Notes under the pieces: model-generated
Seen by the model: the letters and a program-made list of their open reading frames with translations, nothing else
Told to the model about the DNA's origin: nothing
The model's database searches: none
Source of the DNA: a virus
Lineage: Duplodnaviria; Caudoviricetes
IMG/VR virus record: IMGVR_UViG_3300019784_000519
Coordinates: 1 to 31,007 of that record
Direction: 5' to 3' (one strand)
Length of the DNA: 31,007 bases
Part shown: positions 7,901 to 16,544 of the stretch, piece by piece
Position numbering within the stretch: position 1 is the first letter of the stretch
Layout of the letters: every line of letters begins with the position of its first letter
Position numbers and translations under genes: made by a program

Positions 7901-9076
7901 ATGTCAGACTTTCTAAAGTCGCAGGTTGAAGCCCGCAACAACCTAATCGAGCAGGCTCGTACAGTAATCGAGTCAGCCGAAGCGGACAAGCGCGGACTAA
8001 CCGTAGATGACCAAGCAACAATCGAGCGTATCGAGAACGAAATTTCTCAGCGCGACGCAGCTATCGACACCGCTAAGAAAATGGAAGAGCGTGAAGCCCG
8101 CGCAGTAGACGCAGCCCGCAACTCTTTTATTCCTTCTAACGAAGTTCGTCAGGACGCAGATATCCTACGCGCAATCGCTAACGGAGAAATACGTTCACAC
8201 ACATTCGGAGCAGAGAAGAGAGCACTTGTTCCTTCCGACAACCTAGTGCCAAAATCTTTCTACGACGAAGTTTTCAGCGTGGCCAGACTTGCCGGCCCTA
8301 TGCTTTCCGTTTCGCAGGTAATCAACACCGCAGGTGGGGACACACTAACAATCCCGACTCTAACCGGATATTCAACCGCAACAATCAAGAGTGCGGGTTC
8401 AGCTATCTCAGACAGCGAACCGACATTTTCGAATGTACAGTTGTCAGCGTTCAAGTACAGCTTTCTCGTTCCGGTGGCAAATGAACTACTAGCAGACTCG
8501 TCGCTAGATATTTCTGCGCTAATCGCGGAGCAAGCTGGAAACGCAATCGGTTTCGGAATCAACACCGGACTAACCGTTGGAACTGGAACCGTAGAGCCTA
8601 CTGGTATCTTCACAACTGGTTCTTCTGCGGTAACTGGTGGCACCGGAGTTTCCGGAGCACCGACTTACGAAAACTTGGTGGACTTGCTTTATGCTCTTGA
8701 CGGACAGGCACGTTTGCTGCCGGGCGTCGGTTGGCTGATGAACAAGTCAGGTCTTGCGGCAGTTCGCAAACTTAAGGACGGTTCTGGAGCGTTTATCTGG
8801 ACAGCTGGAAATATGGCACAGGGTCAGCCAGACCAGCTTCTAGGCTACCCAGTTTACGAAAATCCGGCCGCGTTAACAGTTGCGGTCAATGCGTTTTCGA
8901 TTGGCGTGGGACATCTTCCGTCGCTGAAGACACGTCTTGCCGGAGGTGTACAAGTGGCTCAGTCCGCAGATTACGCTTTCGCAAATGATGTAACCACGTT
9001 TAGGGTTACCGCTCGCGTGGATTCAAAATTGACACACGCAAGCCACTTCGTCAAATTCCGCGGAGGAGCAAGCTAA
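7901..9076 (+). CDS. Major capsid protein, HK97 fold with N-terminal delta domain
   Basis: Coiled-coil N-terminus, then VPKSFYDEV, ELLADS, WLMN...VRKLKD..G.FIW, LLGYPV motifs. Confidence 0.95.
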   Translation: MSDFLKSQVEARNNLIEQARTVIESAEADKRGLTVDDQATIERIENEISQRDAAIDTAKKMEEREARAVDAARNSFIPSNEVRQDADILRAIANGEIRSHTFGAEKRALVPSDNLVPKSFYDEVFSVARLAGPMLSVSQVINTAGGDTLTIPTLTGYSTATIKSAGSAISDSEPTFSNVQLSAFKYSFLVPVANELLADSSLDISALIAEQAGNAIGFGINTGLTVGTGTVEPTGIFTTGSSAVTGGTGVSGAPTYENLVDLLYALDGQARLLPGVGWLMNKSGLAAVRKLKDGSGAFIWTAGNMAQGQPDQLLGYPVYENPAALTVAVNAFSIGVGHLPSLKTRLAGGVQVAQSADYAFANDVTTFRVTARVDSKLTHASHFVKFRGGAS

Positions 9077-9100
9077 GCCATAAGCATTAGCTAACAGACT

Positions 9101-9143
9101 GGAGAGGTCGCCGGACGGTAGGGTTCCGGCGACCTTTCCTTTT
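9101..9143 (+). terminator. Intrinsic terminator after capsid
   Basis: GGAGAGGTCGCCGGA / TCCGGCGACCTTTCC stem plus T-run. Confidence 0.8.
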
Positions 9144-9180
9144 AGCCGTGGAACTCCTTTAGCTAGTCAAATGGCCTATT

Positions 9181-9288
9181 GTAACGATTTGGTAAATTCC
9201 TAGAAATTCGGCGAAATTAGTCAAAATTAGGCAAAATTACCGTAGAGTTGTACTAACGGGAAAGGCCCGGGAATCGAAAGGGAAGAAA
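9181..9288 (+). promoter_or_regulatory. Promoter cassette copy 1 (GTAAC-n6-GTAAA, five phased AAATT, -10 TAGAGT, conserved leader)
   Basis: Colinear similarity to 25975..26095. Confidence 0.7.
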
Positions 9289-9534
9289 ATGAAAACTATT
9301 TATCTAGAAGAACTGGGAACTCCAGTAGCTACCAAAGACCAGTATCAAGTATTCGCGGAGAACGGTCTTTTTAGAATCTACATTATCGGCGACGAGTGGG
9401 ACTTCAACGACAAGGGCGAAATCTTAAAGACCGGAAGAATCGAAGCGGTTCCAGCCGGGTACATCTCCGACCTAGAGAATCTGGAAATTGGAATCCAAGC
9501 TATCCAAGAAGAGGCGCGTTACCTATCCGCCTAA
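9289..9534 (+). CDS. Hypothetical protein, moron-like (own promoter and terminator)
   Basis: 81-aa acidic ORF with GAAAGGGAA RBS, flanked by terminators inside the late operon. Confidence 0.8.
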   Translation: MKTIYLEELGTPVATKDQYQVFAENGLFRIYIIGDEWDFNDKGEILKTGRIEAVPAGYISDLENLEIGIQAIQEEARYLSA

Positions 9535-9542
9535 GAATTTGG

Positions 9543-9570
9543 AAGGGGAGGGCTTCGGCTCTCCCCTTTT
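9543..9570 (+). terminator. Intrinsic terminator with UUCG loop
   Basis: AAGGGGAGGGC-TTCG-GCTCTCCCCTT followed by T residues. Confidence 0.85.
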
Positions 9571-9602
9571 ATTCTGTCGAAATCTTCTGCTAATCTTTTG
9601 CT

Positions 9603-10814
9603 ATGACTCCTACTAAATCCAAGAACCCTGCTAACCGTGAACAGTTCAATGGAACGGTTACGCTCTATTCAAATTCACCCGACCAACCGACGGGCTACGG
9701 ACAGCAAGCTCGCTACCTAGTAGACCGCCTAAAGCGTCACGGCTTCGACGTAGCAGCTCTTTCTAACTACGGACTCGAAGGAATCAAGCGCGAACTAGAA
9801 ACGCCTTACGGAAAGATTCCACACTTCGCCCGGGGCTTCGATATGTATTCGAACGATTCTGCTCCGATAGACCACAAAACCTTTTCAGCTTCTAAGCCAA
9901 ACCAACCGAACGCTATGCTTACGCTCTACGACGTATGGGTTCTTACTAATCCAGCGTTCAACGACATAGACATTTTTAGCTGGGTTCCACTCGACCATAT
10001 AACAATACCGCCTAGAGTCGAAGAGTTTCTAAAGAAAAAGAAAGTGACTCCGGTTGCTATGGCTCCGCACGGAGTTAGACAAATGGAAGCTAAAGGTATT
10101 GAGTGTAAATACGCACCGCACGGAATAGATACTAAAGTTCTAAAGCCCACCTTCGAAATAAACGGGCAGTCCGTAGAAGAACATATGGGAACGAAAGACC
10201 GCTTCGTTGTGGGAATGGTTGCGGCAAATAAAAGTTCTGGCCTAGTTCACCGCAAAGCATTCTCAGAAAATTTACTTGCGTTCTCAATCTTCCAGAAGAA
10301 GCACCCAGACGTTATGCTCTATCTTCACACCGACCCAATTTCTAAGGGTATCGGTTGGAATTTAGTTAGCCTTCTTCAAAGCTTGGGCATAGATAAAGAA
10401 GACGTTGCCTTTCCTAATCCCCTAAGTTATCGGTATGGAATATCGCAGGAAACTCTAGCCGGATACTATACGGGAATGGACGTTCTACTTGCGACGTCTT
10501 ACGGAGAAGGCTTCGGCGTTCCGTCGGTTGAAGCTCAGGCTTGTGGAACCCGCGTGGTCGGTTCATCTTGGGCAGCGACTCCCGACCTTCTTTCTGAAGA
10601 TTCTTTCTTAGTAGAAGGACAGCCTTCTTGGGATTCCGGGCAGGACGCTTGGTGGCAGATTCCTAACGTGCCGTCAATAGTTGGAGCTTTAGAAGAGGCT
10701 TACAAGTTAGGCAAAGGCCGTTCACAAGTAGCTATCGACTTCGCTTCGGACTTTGACGTAGACAAGGTTTGGTCTAGGTATTGGTTGCCGATTCTCCGGG
10801 AGAAATTCGCATAA
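9603..10814 (+). CDS. Glycosyltransferase, GT-B fold (GT4-like)
   Basis: PTGYGQQ N-terminal motif, PHGIDT, SYGEGFGVPSVEAQACG (EX7E) signature. Confidence 0.9.
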   Translation: MTPTKSKNPANREQFNGTVTLYSNSPDQPTGYGQQARYLVDRLKRHGFDVAALSNYGLEGIKRELETPYGKIPHFARGFDMYSNDSAPIDHKTFSASKPNQPNAMLTLYDVWVLTNPAFNDIDIFSWVPLDHITIPPRVEEFLKKKKVTPVAMAPHGVRQMEAKGIECKYAPHGIDTKVLKPTFEINGQSVEEHMGTKDRFVVGMVAANKSSGLVHRKAFSENLLAFSIFQKKHPDVMLYLHTDPISKGIGWNLVSLLQSLGIDKEDVAFPNPLSYRYGISQETLAGYYTGMDVLLATSYGEGFGVPSVEAQACGTRVVGSSWAATPDLLSEDSFLVEGQPSWDSGQDAWWQIPNVPSIVGALEEAYKLGKGRSQVAIDFASDFDVDKVWSRYWLPILREKFA

Positions 10815-11458
10815 TGATTCCCGTTCTAGGATTCGCCGTTTACAGTCAGTTCGACAAAGCGGATAGATTACTAGCTTCGATAGATTACCCGATTGAACAC
10901 TTGGTAATCGTAGACAACTCCGGAGCGAAGAACTGGGAACCTAAGCAACCGGAACAAGTAAAGAATCTATGGCTCCTACGAGTTCCCTTCGGACTTGGGC
11001 TTGTAGGTGCGTATAATCTAGTAATCAAGTCCACCCCTTACGCGCCTTACTGGGTTCTAGTAAACGACGACGCTTGGTTCGAATCTGGTGCGCTGGAGAT
11101 AATCGCAACTGAAACAGACCCGGACGCTTTGAACTTCGTAGACATCATTCCACAATGGGCGTGCGTGGTATTCGGAGAAGGCGCAATAGCTAAAGCTGGA
11201 CTCTATGACGAACGATTCTATCCGCTCTACTTTGACGATAACGACCTTCACCGGAGAATGGAAAAAGCTGGAGTAAAGATTCAAAGACTAGAAGCTAAAG
11301 TTCACCACGAAAACAGCTCTAGCCTAAAGAACAAAACGATAGAAAATAATCGAACCTACGCAGCGAATCAGAATCTATTTAACAAGAAAGTAAACGAAGA
11401 AGACTTCTCCCCGGGCTACTGGGACTTAAAAACTAGAAGGGCTAATCGTTGGGATTGA
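10814..11458 (+). CDS. Glycosyltransferase, GT-A fold (GT2-like)
   Basis: VIVDNS, LVNDDA, GLYDERFYPLYFDDND...R, VHH motifs; start ATG 10814 overlaps previous stop. Confidence 0.85.
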   Translation: MIPVLGFAVYSQFDKADRLLASIDYPIEHLVIVDNSGAKNWEPKQPEQVKNLWLLRVPFGLGLVGAYNLVIKSTPYAPYWVLVNDDAWFESGALEIIATETDPDALNFVDIIPQWACVVFGEGAIAKAGLYDERFYPLYFDDNDLHRRMEKAGVKIQRLEAKVHHENSSSLKNKTIENNRTYAANQNLFNKKVNEEDFSPGYWDLKTRRANRWD

Positions 11459-11880
11459 GAATATATAACGGCGGAACTTATGATGTCTTTCATTGGGGCC
11501 ACGTTGAAATGTTACGCAGACTAAAACAGTTTGCGGGCGAAGACGGAACGCTTATTGTTGCCATAAATACAGACGAATTTGTTAAAGAGTTCAAAGGCAA
11601 ATCGCCCATAATGACCACCGAGGAAAGAGCAGCGGTAGTTCGGGCTTGTAGATATGTGGACGAAGTTATTATTAACTATGGCGGGCAAGATTCAAAGCCA
11701 GCCATAATTCAAGCAAAAGCGGACTTTGTAATTACTGGAACGGATTGGTCAGATAAGGATTACAACTCCCAAATGGGCTTTACTAGAGATTGGCTAGAAG
11801 CTAATAAAGTTGGGTTCGGGTTCTTGCCCTACACCGCAGGGATTAGCTCGACCGCTATAAAAGCCCGGCTGGTAAGATAA
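11449..11880 (+). CDS. Cytidylyltransferase, TagD/RfaE-domain-II-like
   Basis: GTYDVFHWGH (HxGH), VAINTDEF, ER...V.ACRYVDEV, GTDW, YTAGISST motifs. Confidence 0.85.
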   Translation: MGLRIYNGGTYDVFHWGHVEMLRRLKQFAGEDGTLIVAINTDEFVKEFKGKSPIMTTEERAAVVRACRYVDEVIINYGGQDSKPAIIQAKADFVITGTDWSDKDYNSQMGFTRDWLEANKVGFGFLPYTAGISSTAIKARLVR

Positions 11881-11899
11881 AAGGAAACAAAGGAATCTA

Positions 11900-12496
11900 A
11901 TGGCAATCGTAAATGGTTACTGTACACTCGCAGAAATAAAAGCTTCCGCTCGGATTACCGACAGCGTGGACGATACGCTTCTAGAGCTTGCGGTCGAATC
12001 AGCTTCTCGAATGGTGGACAGCTACACGCAACGCTACTTCTACACCGCTGGAACAGCGACCCGTTTATTCGCTCCGCAAGATTCTTACGTTGCTGAAATT
12101 GACGACCTAATAACTTTAACTACTCTTCAGACCTCCGACGGCGACGACTTCGGCACAACTTGGGCAGCTAAGGATTATCAGCTAGAGCCACTAAACGGAA
12201 TAGTGGACGGTCTTACAAATCACCCGTCTACCCGTATAAGAGCCGTAGACGACTATTTATTTGACGTCCTAGACGGAGAGGCTACCGTTCGAGTTGTTGG
12301 CGTCTGGGGCTGGTCAGCCGTTCCGACGGCAGTAAAGCAAGCAACCGTGATTCAAGCGGCAAGAATTTTTAAGCGTAATGATTCGCCTTTGGGAATCGCC
12401 GGATTTGGGGAGCAGGGAGCCGTTCGCGTGGGAGTTCAACTTGACCCGGACGTGAAGCACCTTATCGACGTTTATAGAAAAGTTAGATTCGCCTAA
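11900..12496 (+). CDS. Head-to-tail adaptor
   Basis: NGYCTLAEIK...ASRMVDSYT.R.F and WGWSAVP.AVKQA motifs of actinophage adaptors. Confidence 0.8.
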   Translation: MAIVNGYCTLAEIKASARITDSVDDTLLELAVESASRMVDSYTQRYFYTAGTATRLFAPQDSYVAEIDDLITLTTLQTSDGDDFGTTWAAKDYQLEPLNGIVDGLTNHPSTRIRAVDDYLFDVLDGEATVRVVGVWGWSAVPTAVKQATVIQAARIFKRNDSPLGIAGFGEQGAVRVGVQLDPDVKHLIDVYRKVRFA

Positions 12497-12903
12497 TGGC
12501 TTCTATTACCGACCTTCGTTCCGGACTTGCTTCCGCTATTGGAACTATCACCGGGCTTCGAACTACAACCGAAACTCCGGATACAATCTCCCCGCCCATT
12601 TCGATTATTAACGTAGCAAGCGTAAATTATGACAAAGCTGGTTCCCGTGGACTTGACGAATACAACTTCGTTATTACTTGCGTCGTCGGTCGAGTCGGGG
12701 AAAGAACCGCACAAAGGCTTCTAGATTCTTACGTGACGCCCGCCGGAAGTTCTTCGGTAAAGCTTGCGATAGAATTAGACAGGACGCTTGGTGGGAGATG
12801 TGATTCTCTCCGAGTAACCGATATGCGGAATTACGGCTCTATTGTTATTGGCGAAGTTACCTATCTAGCCGCTGAGTTCAACGTTGTAGTTTACGCACAA
12901 TAA
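12496..12903 (+). CDS. Tail terminator / neck protein
   Basis: Position before the major tail gene; SVKLAIE.DRTLGG motif. Confidence 0.65.
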   Translation: MASITDLRSGLASAIGTITGLRTTTETPDTISPPISIINVASVNYDKAGSRGLDEYNFVITCVVGRVGERTAQRLLDSYVTPAGSSSVKLAIELDRTLGGRCDSLRVTDMRNYGSIVIGEVTYLAAEFNVVVYAQ

Positions 12904-12933
12904 AACCGCTAGGAAAATAGGAGAACAAAAAAA

Positions 12934-13344
12934 ATGCCAAAGTATGTAGTAATAAACCCAAAGGTCACAATCAACGGAACTAACGTTTCAACTGGTGTTG
13001 CTGCCGCTACTCTAGAGCTAACTGCCGCAGACGTGGACGTAACCAGCTTCGGAAGCAACGGTTACACAGAACTAATTTCTGGACTAAAATCTGGAACAGT
13101 TTCACTAGACTTTCATTCCGGTTACGGCGTCGGTGAAATCAACACCGTTCTAAACCCGCTTATCGGAACACTTGCGACCGTAGTAATTAACCCAAATGGA
13201 ACCGCCACTTCTTCAACTAACCCAGCGTGGACTGCGACCGTTCACGTGAATAGCGTGTCTCCAGTAGCCGGGGCAATCGGCGATTTAAGTTCGTTTTCAG
13301 TTTCGTACCCGACTTCGGGTTCCGTATCCTTCGCAACCGCATAA
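12934..13344 (+). CDS. Major tail tube protein
   Basis: Beta-rich 136 aa with DVTSFG...ISGLKSG; strong AGGAG RBS; precedes chaperones. Confidence 0.8.
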   Translation: MPKYVVINPKVTINGTNVSTGVAAATLELTAADVDVTSFGSNGYTELISGLKSGTVSLDFHSGYGVGEINTVLNPLIGTLATVVINPNGTATSSTNPAWTATVHVNSVSPVAGAIGDLSSFSVSYPTSGSVSFATA

Positions 13345-13353
13345 GGCTAGAAA

Positions 13354-13608
13354 ATGAAACTAACCCTACGCATTGAGTTCGCAGACGGAACACACAAGGA
13401 CGTTCTAGTATCGGCTCCCGATATGGTGGCGTTCGAAGACAAGTACGACGTTTCAATAGCAAAACTAGACGACCCAAAAATGGGCTGGTTGTTATTCCTC
13501 GCTTGGCATTCTGAGAAGCGCAGGAAGCAGACAGACAAAGAATTCGAAGGTTGGCTAGAACTAGTAGACGCTATTGGAGCAACTGAAGACCCAAAAGTTC
13601 CAGAATAG
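13354..13608 (+). CDS. Tail assembly chaperone (G)
   Basis: Between tail tube and tape measure; slippery C CCA AAA near the 3' end. Confidence 0.8.
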   Translation: MKLTLRIEFADGTHKDVLVSAPDMVAFEDKYDVSIAKLDDPKMGWLLFLAWHSEKRRKQTDKEFEGWLELVDAIGATEDPKVPE

Positions 13609-13754
13609 TAGGACTAGGCGATAGCTCCGCTCATTGGTTCATAGCTTCCCTAGCGGTCGAGTCCGGAATCGCTCCGAGTATTTTACTGGAGCAGTCCGAC
13701 CGAATGCTTTGGACAATGAACAGGTGGCTTGTCGCTAAGAACCTTCCGCGGTAA
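13354..13754 (+). CDS. Tail assembly chaperone G-T fusion via -1 frameshift
   Basis: X XXY YYZ heptamer CCCAAAA at 13590..13596; the -1 frame stays open (SSRIVGLGDSSAHWFIASLAVESGIAPSILLEQSDRMLWTMNRWLVAKNLPR) to TAA 13752..13754. Confidence 0.8.
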
Positions 13755-13757
13755 GTG

Positions 13758-13790
13758 AAGCCCTTGCTAACGCAGGGGCTTTGCTTATTT
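13758..13790 (+). terminator. Terminator-like hairpin
   Basis: AAGCCCTTGC-TAAC-GCAGGGGCTT followed by a T-rich tract. Confidence 0.6.
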
Positions 13791-13827
13791 CTCTTCAGTA
13801 GAATAGATAGAAGGAAGGCTGATTGAA

Positions 13828-14355
13828 ATGCTAAGAATCGACGTAGAAGGCTTGGGCGCAACCGTCACCGAACTAAAAAAATTCGAACCACAGCTCTTCG
13901 CACAAATGAGAAAAGAAATCATAAACGAACCCGGCGTAGCTTCTGTTATTTCTTCCATAGAATCTAAGGTTCCAATAGTTTCGCCATTAGTAGGAAACAA
14001 ATTAGGTCAAGGCGGAATGCTCCATAACGGTAGAACCCGATACGCAACTCCTAAGATTCGCACCTACATAAGACCAAGCGCGAAACTAGGTAGAGGTGGC
14101 ACGGAACGTTCCCTAATCGGATTCGAAGCAGTATCCCCCGGCGACGCAGTAGGGTTCGAGATACTCGACTTAGTTGGAAGTGGCCCGGACGCTGGTTCCA
14201 GAAACTCTAAGGGAATGCTGAAAAAGCTAGACGGCAAAGCTTCTCGATATGTGTGGGCAGGATACGAACGCAGAAAAGAAGGCGTATCAGCCGCAGTCCT
14301 AGCAATCATAAATAGATATTCCACTAAGGCAAACACAAGACTAAAGGTAATGTAA
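13828..14355 (+). CDS. Putative neck/tail completion protein (HK97 gp10-like)
   Basis: IDVEGL..TV.ELKK N-terminus, basic, directly before tape measure. Confidence 0.5.
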   Translation: MLRIDVEGLGATVTELKKFEPQLFAQMRKEIINEPGVASVISSIESKVPIVSPLVGNKLGQGGMLHNGRTRYATPKIRTYIRPSAKLGRGGTERSLIGFEAVSPGDAVGFEILDLVGSGPDAGSRNSKGMLKKLDGKASRYVWAGYERRKEGVSAAVLAIINRYSTKANTRLKVM

Positions 14356-16544
14356 TGGCAGTCAGAATACCGATTATCACCGTCTTCGATTCTAAGGGAT
14401 TGAAGCAAGCACAATACCAGCTAAATAAAGTTCGAGGCAACTTCCAAGCTCTAGGACGAAACGCTGCTATTGCCGGGGTTGGTATTGGGGTAGTCGCTGC
14501 CGCTTTAGGTAAGAGCGTCCAGAACGCAGCCGAAGCGCAGAAGATAATGGCGCAGACCGAAGCCGTTCTGAAGTCCACGGGGACTACCGCTAACGGAACC
14601 GCCGCAGATATCGCAAAGCTCTCCGAAACTCTAAGTCGTCAAACCGCAGTAGACGACGAACTAATTCAGTCGGGCGCAAACCTTCTTCTTACCTTTAAGA
14701 ACATTCAGAATCAAGCCGGGCTAAATAACGACATCTTCGACCAGACCGTACAAGCGAGTCTAGACGTATCCCGCGCTATGGGAACGGACGCAAGCAGGGA
14801 AGCTATCCGTTTAGGTAAGGCGTTGAACGACCCGGTAAAAGGAATCTCTGCCCTTACCCGAGTTGGTATTCAGTTCACCGACCAACAGAAAGAGCAGATA
14901 AAAGCTCTCACACAATCGGGCGACCTTCTAGGCGCGCAGAAGATTGTTCTTGCGGAACTACAATCTCAGTTCGGAGGTTCGGCACAAGCTTACGCACAGA
15001 CCTTCGCCGGACAAATAGAGCTTCTTGGAATAGAGCTAGAAAACTTCAGCGAAGAAATCGGCCTTATCGTTATGCCAGCTCTAAGAAGTCTTATGGACGG
15101 ACTCCGAGAAATGGCTCCGGAGATTGGTTCTAAATTACGCGACGCCGTAAACTCCGTAGACTTTAAAGCTTTAGCCAAAGCTCTTCTTGATACAGCAGCC
15201 TTCTTCTTACAAAACGCAGAAACGATTATCAAAGTTTCGAGCGCGCTCTTTGTTCTCAATACGGCTTACAACCTAATCAAAGTCACGCAAGGAATCTACA
15301 ACGCTATCGCCGTTGTTACTAATTCGCTTCTAGGTGGCACGGACGTAGCAGCTAAGAAAGCGACTATCTCAATCGGCCTTCTTCGTTCCGCTCTACTATT
15401 CAGCGGTATTGGCGCAGCCGTCATAGCTCTTGGTTTCATCGCCGAGGGAATCTCGAAAATGAACGAAGGTGCGAGAGCTACAACTCCCACGATGACAAGC
15501 TTTGGAAGCGCAGTTCTAAAGTCTGGACAAGACGCAGATTGGGCAGCCGGAAAATACGGCGCAGCTAAGAGCGCAATCGAAGGACTAAACGGCGCGGCAG
15601 CGGGATACAAGCCTCCGCTTATTGTTGGCCCGGACGCGGCAGAACGCCGAATGAATCTAGACAAGTCATTTGCTCAAAGCAGTATGACAAATTTTATGGC
15701 TCGTCTTTCCGGAAGCAAGAGTAAAAGCGGAACGGCAGAAAAGACTTACGCGCAAAGTTTAAACGCAGCGGTAAAAAATCAAAAGCTATTTACAAAGCTA
15801 ACTACTAAAAGGGGTATCTCAGAAGGATTAGCGGCAGACCTTCTAGGCGGAACTAAGGGATTAGCAACAGCTAAGAAAATCGCAAAGGGAAACACGGACT
15901 TAGCTACGAGAACTCAAAACAGGTTCAACAAAACTGCCGCGGGTATCGCTGAAATAAATTCAAAGATTCAAGCCGACCAACAAGAAGCAGATAAATTACG
16001 GGACGAACGAATTGCTTCAGAAAAAGCAGCAACGGACGAACGCGATAGAATTTACAAATCATTCGCCGATTCGGTGACTAGCACCTTCGCAAGTATCAAA
16101 GACGCAATCGTTGGAGCCTTTAGCCTGCCCGAGCTAGGCGGTTCGACCGATTCCATTATTCGTAATATGGATAAGCTGCTAGCAAAAACAAAAACTTTTT
16201 CTCAGAACATTACGAAGCTTTCTTCTATGGGCCTAAGCCCAGAACTACTTCAGCAAGTAATCCAAGCCGGGCCAGTTGCGGGCGCGCGTCTAGCAGCGGG
16301 CCTAGTAGCCGGTGGAGCCGACGCTCTAGGAAGAATAAACGCGGGCTTCGGAGAAATCCAGACTTTAGGTTCCGAAATCGGTATGACCGGAACGCAGTCG
16401 AGATTCAATAACACAACCCAGCAAAGCGTCTACAACATAAACGTAGAAGGTGGAGTTGGTTCCGGTGCGACTATTGGAAAAGCAATCGTGGACGCAATCA
16501 AGGCTTATGAAAGAACTTCGGGCGCAGTCTGGCAGGGCGCGTAA
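14355..16544 (+). CDS. Tape measure protein
   Basis: 729 aa, Ala-rich and helical; LGKALNDPVKGISALTRVG motif; follows chaperones. Confidence 0.92.
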   Translation: MAVRIPIITVFDSKGLKQAQYQLNKVRGNFQALGRNAAIAGVGIGVVAAALGKSVQNAAEAQKIMAQTEAVLKSTGTTANGTAADIAKLSETLSRQTAVDDELIQSGANLLLTFKNIQNQAGLNNDIFDQTVQASLDVSRAMGTDASREAIRLGKALNDPVKGISALTRVGIQFTDQQKEQIKALTQSGDLLGAQKIVLAELQSQFGGSAQAYAQTFAGQIELLGIELENFSEEIGLIVMPALRSLMDGLREMAPEIGSKLRDAVNSVDFKALAKALLDTAAFFLQNAETIIKVSSALFVLNTAYNLIKVTQGIYNAIAVVTNSLLGGTDVAAKKATISIGLLRSALLFSGIGAAVIALGFIAEGISKMNEGARATTPTMTSFGSAVLKSGQDADWAAGKYGAAKSAIEGLNGAAAGYKPPLIVGPDAAERRMNLDKSFAQSSMTNFMARLSGSKSKSGTAEKTYAQSLNAAVKNQKLFTKLTTKRGISEGLAADLLGGTKGLATAKKIAKGNTDLATRTQNRFNKTAAGIAEINSKIQADQQEADKLRDERIASEKAATDERDRIYKSFADSVTSTFASIKDAIVGAFSLPELGGSTDSIIRNMDKLLAKTKTFSQNITKLSSMGLSPELLQQVIQAGPVAGARLAAGLVAGGADALGRINAGFGEIQTLGSEIGMTGTQSRFNNTTQQSVYNINVEGGVGSGATIGKAIVDAIKAYERTSGAVWQGA

